From Phoronis australis (lineage: Eukaryota > Animalia > Phoronida): DNA of 64,000 nt. Below are positions 41,601 to 49,931 of this stretch, piece after piece. How positions within the stretch are numbered: position 1 is the first letter of the stretch; each line of letters opens with the position of its first letter. Location: positions 1,069,974 to 1,133,973 of the forward strand of contig NMRA01000008.1 of NCBI GenBank assembly GCA_002633005.1, written 5' to 3'. Made by a program: the position numbers and the translations under genes. Below the pieces are notes generated by a model. That model ran no database searches, was not told the origin of the DNA, and was given only the letters and a program-made list of their open reading frames with translations.

Positions 41601-44600
41601 GGTGCGCCACAGTGGCAAGAGCACCCCTAAACAGCCGCCAAGACTGTTGATGTCCAGCCAGGGTAATTTAAGTTTGAATGGTAAACAACTGAAGTAAATT
41701 CCTTTAACATTGGGACACCACAAAAAAGACTTCCACTTGAGTAGAGCACAAACTGTTGCGCACAAGACGAGCCGAGTTGATTAACATATGGTAAAATCTC
41801 ACCAAGTTAGGACACAATAGGACCAACAAGTGAAATTTTGTTTCGTCATTTTTTCAAAAAAGATGTAGCACCAAATTGATTGATTTTCCATGTTCAGGTT
41901 TTGTACCACAACCATCATCAAACAAAGTTTTGAAAATTTGTGGGTATTCACAACAAGGTTAGAAGCCCTTGAATAATGAAGAAAGGGCATTTTGGCAATC
42001 ATTTTGGTCCTAATTTGTTGAGATTTTACCGTAAGTGTATTTCTTTCATCTTCGGAAATTTTGCAACCTAAACTTTTTGTGTGTGAGTCGTTAGAACATC
42101 CCAGAACCAATAGCAGTAGATTGACGATGCGATGATTGAAGGGGTTTAAAAATCTGTGTGAAAATTTACTGTTTTAATATCCATCGTTATCTCACAAACT
42201 CTCATGTAATCTGCGTATGCAAGATGTCCTAGCATCTATGGAACTTACCCCACAACTAACTATATGCTTCGTTTGGCCTAAAAGTTAACCACACATCAAC
42301 CATGGAAAATGCCCAAGATATCATGCAACAATAAAGCTTCTAGTAGAGGAGCTTGTAAATTAATAAGACAGTTCTGGAGGTGTTTCATTCCTTCAATTTC
42401 TGAGCAGTAAAATATCTCTTGCATCATAGCAGAAGAGGAAAAGCGACAATCAGGGCTATCTATAAGTCAAAGAATAGCAGGTGAAATATCTTTTACATGT
42501 GTGTAATAATTAAATTGATATTTTAGTGCAACACGTCTTTTTTCATTGTATTTCAGTCGCTAACTAATAACAACTTGTGTCAACGACTTCATGAACAATA
42601 GATGTGAACGGGTTGCTGAGAATGAAGATCAATTTTGTATTTTGGACTTAAGTTTTAATTATGTTGTGCAAGTAGATAACAATCTGTGTCCCGCGTAAAG
42701 CACATGTCCGAAACTCGTGTGTCACCTAAGTTATGATGAAAGTAAAATAAATTTCATTATTCTATTAAAACTGCAGAAGCACCCTAAATCAATCAACTTG
42801 TGAGTTTTACTTTATGACGTTTTAGCTGGCATCATAACCAATTCCTTGATCAATAAATCCTACTGACCTTAAATTTCCATCACGTTGCCAGTTCACACTT
42901 AAAAGTGTGAACAGGAAATGTGAAACTGCTTATTAGGAGAACAAAAACTATCAAAACTGCATTCAAATTGGAATTCCAAGATTGGATTTTAGGTCTCGAA
43001 AGTTTTGACACCAGTGAAGTGTTTCATACAATTCCAATCATCCATTAAACAAGGAGCATTTTAATCAATTGTACATAAAGTTAGCTTCCGTCCAGTGCCA
43101 CATTGAAGTCAATTTCCGATAATAGAAACACCAAGAGTGCTCACAGGTGACAAATCAATTTCCTCTATCACATACATGTCAACCAATGTGATTTTAACGT
43201 ATTCACCATGTTTTCTTCCTGTGTAGTTTATGTACTTGCTGTGCTTTTCTGTAAAATTTGACAATAAATTTTTCCAACTTTCATTTGGACTTTTTCCTGG
43301 CACTCTCTTCAGTGCAAACAACCTCAGATTTGTGTCGGGTAACTGAAAATTCCCTTAGCGGTTTGACACTCACTGACTCATGCAGACAAACGAGGTTTAC
43401 AAGATTACGCTGTAATTATGTAATACATGCCATTAAACTAGCAGTATTTTGACTCGTTTTCGTTAGTGCTATGGTTTGCTATGTTTTTTACAAAAATTAC
43501 TATGGTTAGATCAAAAAATGTTTGACATGTATGTAATCTTTTCTGAAAACATGCAATCTGTAGCAGACAATGCAATAACATGTCAATCAACAGACTCTCA
43601 CAAGCACAACAGCAAGGCGACCGTGTTATACTTTGAAATAAACCATTTTCTTTAACTGCTGATGCCGGGCACTACAATTCACATGAAGGTTGAACATTTT
43701 TTTAATTACGTGGGGACATTGCGCACGCGATTTTCACAAGAATTTGCACCCTTTCCTTGTAGTTTACACTGCATTAAGAGTAAAAATTATGCTTGAAATC
43801 AGCTGCATCTCCTTCACGTGAACCCTGAAGGACACCAAGTGTAGGCTGTGTTGCGTCGACTTCAGTTTGATCTGGTACGTGTAAGGACGCAGTGTATTGC
43901 ACACGTACATGAATTTATCGATGATTTCAGCAACAGTAAAATGCCGAACAATGTTTAAGACAAAGTCCGTCTTCAAGTGCAAATAAATTCTAAGTTTGCA
44001 TATTGAATACAAGAATAAAACAATGTGAGTGTAATCTTCGTTGTTTTCTACTAATACTGGCAATGAGGGATTGGCAATATTAGCATGTTAAATGATAACA
44101 GTAATTACTTGGTACATAACTGGGCTTTAATCTGACACAGAAAATCAATTAAGAACTTCAGATACAACTGATATACGCATTAAAACTCGTCCATCACCGC
44201 TCAATTTGGCAACCTGCAGCTCGCCAATGCGAGCGCAAATTTTGTTTGGTGACTTGGCGAAAATCCAAAGTCAACATGAAGTCCCCAGGTTTCTGCAAGT
44301 TGCGATCAAGTCAGAAGACTGAATTCCTCAGTTTGCTTAGCTCTAGTCTCACTTCAAGTTTCTGCTAAACTTAATGTGTGTTGTTACATAAACCTGTGGC
44401 CCTAATACTGTCCAGCAACGACCCGACAAAAAGTACCGTCAATCGAATAAACTCTACCAACATCCTTGGTGGAGGAAAATGACACCGTAGGTTCCGAGAT
44501 AAGTACAATTAACAGTGACTACAAAGAATACATCACCATAGTAACAATTAGCCTAGGATTACCTCCAGAACCTAATCAGTTGGCTTTAGACTCATTTTCA

Positions 44601-46460
44601 GTCTATCTGTACTTATGTTTATGGTTGAGGGGACAGCCAAAACACAGTTAAGGGATTATTGTTGAATCGGATAGACTTCATGAAGTTGTTATTATTGTTG
44701 GACGGGATAGACTTCTTGAAGTTGTTAGCTTTTACCGGCGCTATAAAACAATAAATCCACAAAATTTTTTTGATTTTACAACAAATAACCAAACATCGCC
44801 GTTGTCTGCCAGACATTCTCTGAGATTACCGCAAATCATCACATATTTGGCACACGATATGGCTAAACAGTAAATCTCTGTTCCATTAAATTTCTCAACA
44901 AAAGTAAAGATTAAGAACATTTTAGTCTATAACAAGCATGGTTTGCAATGTGTAGGTGTCGCAAAGTCTTCTAATGAAAATTGGAAAATCACCATTTTGA
45001 CAAAATAAGTGGAGAATTATCGCAAAGCCAGTGTCTTTACCGCTTAAATGTTTAAAATTCTCTCTACTTAACTTTACGGCAGAGCGCCCTGCTGCCAGCA
45101 GAGAGATAGTGGGTCTGATATTGCGCTGGTTCTCAAAATTCAGGCATGTTATAACAGACCATTACCCGCTACAGCAAAAGTCTGATATAACGTGCCCACA
45201 TTTTGAGAACCAGTTTGTTGCTCGTTATTCGGTGGAGAAAACTGGTTCTCAAAATTCGGGCATGTTATAACAGACCATTACCCGCTACAGCAAAAGTCTG
45301 ATATAACGTGCCCACATTTTGAGAACCAGTTTGTTGCTCATTATTCGGTGGAGAAAACTGGTTCTCAAAATTCGGGCATGTTATATCAGACCATTACCCG
45401 CTACTCATAGTCTCTGAAAAAATTTCTTCTCTCGCCAAGAATTTCACTTAAACTGGTCATCCAAGCAGGAAATGGAGAAGCATCAGTACATCCTTCCAAT
45501 TCTCACTTGGAGGAAGTAGAAGTTAGGTAGCTCCATTTGTGACGGATGTACAGAGAACATTTCGATCAATAGTGAAAAAAATTTCACCATTTGACCCGAA
45601 GAGCTCGACAATGTGCCACGGGTCACACAATATTTTTTGGTTAGTTTAAGCCTTGTGCAATTGCACAAATTTGATATTAAAGTGAAATACCCAAAATTAG
45701 CTCATTTATTACAATCACTAGCTAAGGGCATAAAAATTTAGGGCAATGTTTTAGGGTCAACTGACAACCAAAAATGTGTACTTTTTGAGAAAAAAATTGA
45801 AAATTATTAAGAAGTTCAAATATGGGTCCTGAAACTAGGGTAGCTGTTTTCCATACATGAATCAACCGGTCCAAGGCGCTAGTCAAATTAGAAGTGATTT
45901 ATGGGCCATGAAAGTAACATGTTACTGCTAGAGACCAGGCTGTACAAATGAGCTTATCGCACTAGCATCGTTTTATGTGCAGTGCAGGGGCTGAAGCAAT
46001 GACAAAAAGTCTGTTTTTTTCAAGTCCAGAAAGCAATTCTCATCTGAGTGAAAAAAAAAACAAGTCGAGATAAACTTTATTGAGATGAAACGCCTAAATC
46101 AAAAGTTAGCTCCTTACTGGGAACACGCTGGTTTATGGCCACCAGAAGTACTAACCTCATCGAAGTTAATATTTTTCATACACTAGTCAGCTAAAACGGG
46201 GTTTAGGTGCTAATGACTGAAATTACTCACAATGGCGTCTGCTCGGTGGTTGAGTTCTTTGGCCATTTTGACATAAACAGTAACTTGGCTGGTTTAGCAT
46301 TGCTGGCGTCGGGGTGTGCGCTCCATGGTTTGGAGTAGCAATGGTCCAGGCTCACCACATCCTGTTCCTGACTCACGAATTGCTGAAGAAACGATGGGGG
46401 CCTCAGGGGGGCATCGCCCGCACCTAGCCGACTGCCAGTGACATCCAGAGAGGACAGCAT
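1792..46460 (-). CDS. KANSL3: KAT8 regulatory NSL complex subunit 3 (KANSL3/Rcd1), spliced CDS: join(46231-46460, 20887-21045, 19729-19819, 18623-18706, 14923-15024, 13014-13148, 12275-12493, 11719-11865, 10859-11080, 10029-10229, 8099-8213, 3394-3576, 1792-2648), 2745 nt, about 914 aa
   Basis: Exon translations give recognisable KANSL3 motifs in the right order: [16 protein letters not shown]; [17 protein letters not shown]; [24 protein letters not shown]; LLLKRPWDP; LIGWNVGAL; VVCLGFP; [15 protein letters not shown]; [12 protein letters not shown]. All junctions are GT-AG and the phases join into one open frame. The last three low-complexity exons are less certain. Confidence 0.95.
3394..3576 (-). 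CDS. KANSL3: KANSL3 coding exon 12 ([13 protein letters not shown]...LTATL)
   Basis: ctttcag acceptor, phase 1. The gtacta donor is weak and was chosen because it preserves phase. Confidence 0.65.
5702..7452 (+). mobile_element. Helentron-associated non-autonomous element (HINE/DINE-1-like) with tandem core repeats
   Basis: Starts aaacaagag; ~450 bp higher-order repeats made of ~150 bp monomers; degenerate (gacg/gacgg)n tract at 7375-7415; terminal hairpin atgcgtccacat-ataaac-atgtgggcgcat at 7420-7449. Confidence 0.7.
8099..8213 (-). CDS. KANSL3: KANSL3 coding exon 11 ([17 protein letters not shown]...KKLEA)
   Basis: cttgcag acceptor, gtatga donor, 115 nt; phase 0/1 bridges the neighbouring exons. 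Confidence 0.75.
10029..10229 (-). CDS. KANSL3: KANSL3 coding exon 10 (DEMAEFL...STPGE), with basic NLS-like KRRKKRK
   Basis: cttgcag acceptor, gtgagt donor, 201 nt. Confidence 0.9.
10603..10880. repeat. 46-bp minisatellite, about 6 units, overlapping the KANSL3 exon 9 donor
   Basis: ggaccaacctgtatacaccggtccaccatcaccctctccttatcat units start at 10621, 10667, 10713, 10759, 10805 and 10851. Confidence 0.97.
10859..11080 (-). CDS. KANSL3: KANSL3 coding exon 9 (DCEDPLLD...MVDRCIQ)
   Basis: ctctccag acceptor, gttggt donor, 222 nt. Confidence 0.93.
11719..11865 (-). CDS. KANSL3: KANSL3 coding exon 8 ([18 protein letters not shown]...GGRG), alpha/beta-hydrolase-fold core
   Basis: ctcacag acceptor, gtaagt donor, 147 nt. 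Confidence 0.93.
12275..12493 (-). CDS. KANSL3: KANSL3 coding exon 7 (HKLPGNPLL...TKVLE)
   Basis: ttttcag acceptor, gtaagg donor, 219 nt. Confidence 0.93.
13014..13148 (-). CDS. KANSL3: KANSL3 coding exon 6 (MPALIDK...SQHKP)
   Basis: ttatag acceptor, gtaaga donor, 135 nt, LLLKRPWDP motif. Confidence 0.93.
14923..15024 (-). CDS. KANSL3: KANSL3 coding exon 5 ([34 protein letters not shown])
   Basis: Not in the ORF track. gtttttag acceptor, gtaagt donor, 102 nt. Confidence 0.93.
18623..18706 (-). CDS. KANSL3: KANSL3 coding exon 4 ([28 protein letters not shown])
   Basis: Not in the ORF track. ctttccag acceptor, gtaatg donor, 84 nt; matches the KANSL3 NEPVLRRVAVDK region. Confidence 0.92.
19639..19695. 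repeat. 20-bp tandem repeat, about 3 units
   Basis: ctcgaccctgtactttgttt repeated just inside the intron after exon 3. Confidence 0.85.
19729..19819 (-). CDS. KANSL3: KANSL3 coding exon 3 (TGWTVQQ...LTYSE)
   Basis: tgtttgtag acceptor, gtacgt donor, 91 nt. Confidence 0.93.
20887..21045 (-). CDS. KANSL3: KANSL3 coding exon 2 (ETDAHIDVE...DWEEHITR)
   Basis: ttgtttcag acceptor, gtaaga donor, 159 nt, phase 2/2. Confidence 0.93.
21495..21773. repeat. Dispersed repeat with ctagtgcaactt/aagttgcactag inverted ends; related copies near 23123-23411, 25400-25480 and 31738-32045
   Basis: Shared ccactttaa-tggagcgtc-acacacatac block and shared downstream gacaactcgttcca-gagtaac block. Confidence 0.65.
22519..22677 (-). 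other. KANSL3: Second copy of KANSL3 coding exon 2, probably the allelic haplotype placed in tandem
   Basis: Same 159 nt and splice sites as 20887-21045. The two differences seen are synonymous (ATC/ATT, TGC/TGT). It lies in a block bounded by single Ns near 22298 and 23698. Confidence 0.8.
23421..23697 (-). mobile_element. 3' end of a non-LTR retrotransposon
   Basis: [17 protein letters not shown] zinc-knuckle-type C-terminal motif, then a stop and an (aatac)n-like tail. Confidence 0.7.
27441..27447 (+). promoter_or_regulatory. Candidate TATA box of GPCR 1
   Basis: TATAAAT 87 nt upstream of the ATG; a similar TATAAAG sits at 40161, 51 nt upstream of GPCR 2. Confidence 0.4.
27528..28706 (+). 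CDS. Intronless class A GPCR, sex-peptide/FMRFamide-receptor-like (392 aa), nested antisense in the KANSL3 intron
   Basis: Seven hydrophobic segments; MRTSTN before TM2; C-x-x-x-K at the TM3 start; HNMSIWLT; FLLVELP; [16 protein letters not shown]; CC after helix 8; N-terminal N-glycosylation sequons. Confidence 0.93.
   Translation: MEKTGFNQTRNNSSGNNISGLVTQSTAVGIQGFSLGPIYFGDFAHIRFPIYGIAWPIATLLTAITSMLICGVLFRRSMRTSTNIVLGTIALANMMTCLVPLPILLYLFWTDAHTEYIKPHICNAFKLTAVVAPVMFHNMSIWLTILMAMQQVVMVRYPLRGKNWVTVRTTVLATIAISFVAVFGHFNRVIDSFPQLIEIPSKVNPNVTVAACEEIMMPWVQNPNTYFSIYFWCRAFLMHIFPCIMLVVLNCVLIHTMRLAFEQRKVITGNPGKTSSQSQSNNRTTGMLVAIISVFLLVELPSGIMLILVVVPNAFGIQLLSLEVQYHAITIGDLIILCSYPFNFIIYSTMSRRFRQVFSQTFCCARKSQDVSLKNSTTNGESRSTTVSGAEH
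30900..31160 (+). pseudogene. Possible decayed GPCR fragment (TM2-TM3)
   Basis: [17 protein letters not shown] at 30967-31020 (LAxAD motif), followed by a TM3-like VNT*NLT. Confidence 0.28.
32345..34770. mobile_element. 2.4 kb non-autonomous TIR element with TA flanks (Tc1/mariner-pogo-like)
   Basis: ta|ctctcgagttccgaatagtcgta ... tactactattcggaactccagag|ta; many subterminal tctatactattatt repeats at 34290-34760; no intact transposase ORF. Confidence 0.75.
36549..36884. repeat. Two small tandem duplications (about 48-49 bp x2 each)
   Basis: gagatatggtgcaga-gtggtcacccatgtgtacagtattgcacaag twice; ttcc-tgtcagatctgttcacacgcatagttgc twice. Confidence 0.85.
36890..37280 (-). pseudogene. Possible decayed GPCR fragment (ECL2 to TM7)
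   Basis: [34 protein letters not shown], then a frameshift to [13 protein letters not shown]...[13 protein letters not shown]. Confidence 0.3.
39125..39760 (-). pseudogene. Probable decayed GPCR (TM5 to helix 8), FMRFamide-receptor-like family
   Basis: Hand translation gives [21 protein letters not shown] (TM5-like, about 39620-39690), KAVLPDG (TM6-like) and [33 protein letters not shown] (TM7/helix 8/CC-like) in the correct order, with stops between. Confidence 0.45.
40212..41561 (+). CDS. Intronless class A GPCR, paralogue of 27528-28706 (449 aa)
   Basis: Same motifs ([42 protein letters not shown]) with a longer C-terminal tail. Confidence 0.93.
   Translation: MSTTIMMELNVSSGYDSIKEINSIGHTNRSFDAGNMMANDTRIRLPPFRFNDIEDIRLLLYGYVWPIATVLVVITSVLSCTILFSLKMRSPTNLVLGSIAIANMLTCLPPIPLLLYLFHTGSYKDFIEYRYCMPFKATIFIMPVMSHNVSIWLTVFLAFQRLLVIKRPFKGRRLVTVKSTIKVIIGLYFAGTIAHLSRAFESTFEPVQVSSLIHTNKTIVGCQEVIELWIINLNLYYSVYYWARAIFMYVIPCTVLVIFTCMLMAALKAAYRQRKRMSIGRREHEKTQTTSMLVVVVLVFLTVEMLGAIIVVLVVVPNAFGIKVMDVTTQAKVLASADVIILCSYPFNFVIYSTMSKEFRVMFIQKFCCWRASLSALNGMVTAMNLTEMSKTAADDGTANDCQSRGLIIPVVTVGNFGIRPTENGKYVMDRAGLFTKDHKHEDTSVAHL
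45107..45403. repeat. 116-bp tandem repeat built from a 34-bp module in alternating orientation
   Basis: ctggttctcaaaat...cagac at 45126, 45242 and 45358, with its reverse complement between successive copies. Confidence 0.9.
46231..46460 (-). CDS. KANSL3: KANSL3 first coding exon (MLSSLDV...EQTP)
   Basis: Acceptor tgtttcag at 46463-46470; ATG at 46458-46460; [15 protein letters not shown] motif; donor gtgagt at 46230, phase 2. Confidence 0.9.
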
Positions 46461-47260
46461 CACTGAAACACAAAGAAGATGAACGAGCTTCAGACAGAAA
46501 TTTCGATTAAAAGTTGTGAGGATTTCTTGAGTTTTGTCCTAACAAAATCATTACACGAACAACAAAACTTGCATAATTCAGGAACACAGTTCTTCTAGCT
46601 TGTGCTCTCGCCCTTTCTGATAAGTCAAATGTCACCATAATAGGACGAAATCTCTCAGTATGGTTGGAACTGACTAATGCAAGTTTTCCCACAGTATTGA
46701 GAAGAACAAAATTCTGAAAATTCTGTTCCAACCTTTGCATTCTGAGTTCCAGACATTGGAGACCTTGGGTATGAAAAATGAGAAAGCCCTTAGTGTAATG
46801 TTGCGAGTATTTTTAGTTGTGGGAACCTTGAGTTCTGCAATCAAATTAGAAATCTCATCACTGACATTAATTTCAACATTGATTTAATAATCTATTTCGA
46901 AAAAAAAAACAGAAGTTAACAACAATTCCTAGATCTGCTTCACTAAAATTAAAAGTGAATCCAACAATGTATTACCATGGTCACCTGCTAATCAAAAAAC
47001 AACCTTCAAAAAGTCAAGCCAAAACCATTCACTATTTGCACGGGTTCGCCATTATGCTAGAAAACAAGGTGTTGTGTCCAAACTACAATGGTTCTGCAGG
47101 TTTTGAACACGTGCGCTTTCATGCTAAAATGAGGCATTGCGTCTAACCAGCTATGCATAACAATCATTTTTTGCAGCTCTGCCAAAGTGTGCGAGTAGTC
47201 AATGGTCTTCAAAGGTGGCGCTAGACAGGGTTTAAATGTTAACAAACCTTTGACACTCAC

Positions 47261-47318
47261 CCTTGTTTTACACCAGTCCTGGGGTTTGTCTTTCAGTCAT
47301 AATTACGCACTGATGGAA
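47261..47318 (-). other. Putative 58-nt KANSL3 5' UTR exon containing a 10-codon uORF
   Basis: tttctttctag acceptor and aagg|gtgagt donor; ATG at 47300 to TAA at 47268 (MTERQTPGLV). Confidence 0.5.
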
Positions 47319-47911
47319 CTAGAAAGAAACAATGATACTAAATTCCATTGAAAAAGGAAACTTTAGACTGAGATGGGATAGCCTAGTTCATAAATAGACA
47401 TAATCAGTACCAAGTCTCTAGGCCTAATATAAACCATAGTGATGCACATTACGGCTAGCGCAACCTATTGTTAATAAAGGAAACCATATGTGAACGCAAC
47501 TAAGCTCCTGTCACAAGCCAGGAAACACAAAATACATTAAGTTTTGTACCATAATTACTACCAGACAAAGTTTCGAAAAATTGTGGGCATTCACAACAAT
47601 GTTAGAAGATCTTGAAAATTGAAACAGGGTAATTTTGGCAATTATTTTCATCCGAAACTGTTGAACAATTTGCCATAGTGAAATGTATGTACTATGGTGA
47701 CCTTTGCACTTATAACCTGCCTTGCAAGAGTATCGTGCAATGATGTCGTATTCTCCAACGCTACATCACAGTATGATAAATTTGTTAATGATTTGTGTTG
47801 GAAGATCACTTTCGACATAAAACGTGTTCTTACAAACATTAAAATGGCACTAAACACACTTTCTGGTCAAAAAACAACTTTTGATTTAGGCCACTTAACG
47901 TTAGAAACCTT

Positions 47912-48150
47912 GGGCCTGTTCCAAGAAACTGACTTAAGTTCACTTTTGACTTAAGTTTAAGATTTGTCTTAACTTCCAAACTTTGAAACTTCCACATTAG
48001 GCAAGTAAGTCAAAATTAAGACAAAACTAATGTCAAACAAATTTAAGATCTCTTTCTTGAATTGGTTTTGAGACAAATTTAACTTTTATTTTAAAATTTA
48101 CAAAAATTTAAGATTTGTCTTAGCTAAGTCAGTTTTGTTGGAACAGGCCC
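47912..48150. mobile_element. PIF/Harbinger-type MITE
   Basis: TIRs gggcctgttccaa / ttggaacaggccc; 3-bp ctt on both flanks. Confidence 0.8.
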
Positions 48151-48757
48151 CTTATCTCATCTTGTTCCTTAGTCATATTTGGATGTGATCTCTGGGCTGG
48201 AGAAAAACTAACAGTTCGTTACTTCTTCAGATCAAGCTCGTAAAATTTCGGGTCACCACATGAAATTTGATGAGTTTGGAAGAAATCACTGTCAGTTCTG
48301 TCGAAGCCCTGAAAATAGCTCCAGTTTACCTGGGGAATAATTTGAGATCAAGATCATTTCTAAATCAAAAGTTGGTTTTGATCCGTTATGGAAGATGGAT
48401 TTAATACCGCTATAAACAAATGTGTTTCTTTGGTATTTAGCTGCCGCAAAAACAAAAAAATAATAATGCCCTTTAGCTCTATAAAATCAGTCTTCTAGTA
48501 ATCCATAACATGATACGACTCAATTTTCATCTACAACAAGAACACCAAAACCACCAACTACCCAAGAAATCGCGTTAAATTTTTTTGGGGGTTGACCATC
48601 CTAAAATTGAAAATGGCACATGTATGCATCGCCAGTGACTCAAGTTGCCAGGTCATTTGGCAACACCAAAGGATAGGATGAGTATGGTAAACTTTTTAAG
48701 CGCAAGGGTTTAGAAATTGTTATTGACGACTGAACTGTAGTGAAAAACCCCATTAAG

Positions 48758-48844
48758 TAGACAATGACCATCGTCTCTGCTGGCACAGGTGGTATAAGGT
48801 AGGTATCCCCTACCTGCGCCAGCAGAGACGATGGTCATTGTCTA
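48758..48844. mobile_element. 87-bp fold-back MITE with a 9-bp target-site duplication
   Basis: 33-bp inverted arms with one mismatch (tagacaatgaccatcgtctctgctggc...), flanked by cccattaag on both sides. Confidence 0.9.
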
Positions 48845-49299
48845 CCCATTAAGTACACACAGTATCAGTGGCCAATTTACATTAATATCGCATCAATAAA
48901 TTATAATTCTATTCACTGGACCATAAAATTACAAATTAGTGATAATCATGCAGTAAATGACTGTCAAGTGAAAAAAACATGCCTTTGACTTGGGCACGGG
49001 GCACCTCTAAAGTCAAGGTATCAAAAACGGCAAAGCAATTCCAATGAATTTTCCAAGAAAGTTTGTTGAGGATAGACACGAATGTCAACATCATCACAAC
49101 CTGGTTAAAAGGTTGAGGTCATGTAGATAGTATCACTGTCTCAACTGGCAGTAAAGATGGTGGCTATCCATAGGTCTTTCATACGCCGTCATATCCCCTA
49201 GTGCTAGCAATGTAAAAATGGCCAGTTGGGTATCTTAACGAAGGACAGATTAATGTCGTCATATCCCCTGGCGCTAGCACTTAGCGAAGGACAGATTAC

Positions 49300-49520
49300 G
49301 GGAAAGACATTCTTTCCTAGAACAGTCGCGGACTGTAATAGCTTGCCGGGCTACATTACATCAGTCCCTTCTCTTGACATCTTTGTCAGCAGGCTATCTG
49401 CCTTTCTGAAGTAACATAGTTGGTTGCCTCCGTCTGAGGCACTCGCTTATTGTCTGCGCTATCAGTAAACCACCTAGCTATGTTAACCGATCTCTGACGT
49501 GACGTCCACTATCGTCTAGA
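49300..49520 (+). mobile_element. 3' fragment of a LINE (CR1/L2-group-like ORF2 end)
   Basis: FFPRTVADCNSLPGYITSVPSLDIFVSRL matches the FFPRT-x3-WNxLP C-terminal signature. Confidence 0.6.
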
Positions 49521-49931
49521 ACTGTCGTGAACACTGAACCTGACAGGTATGTGGCCTCTGACCTTTTAGGTCAGGTTTGTTAGGATTGCCTAATTGGTTG
49601 TTACTTGAAGCTCTCTTGTGGTTAATTGATCTATTGTTTTGGCCAATTTTGGCCTGCTGGTGATATTCGAGTTGTCCGCTGAACCCTCATGTTCAGCCTC
49701 TTTCGTTCTTGCTGCGTTCCCTGAAGGACGTGATTTTGGTTCGAGTGAATATGCGGAATTCTGAGATTCATTTGAATTGAACATTGTGCTTTATTGTTAA
49801 GAGAGTTGAGGTTAGTTGCAGACAGCCAACGGAGAACCGTAGTGGAAATTAATAGTCCAGTTTGTACATGCTGTAACTGTGCGCATGTGGGCACTGGTCG
49901 GATAAAGAGGTCCCTGATTTTTGAGAACCAG

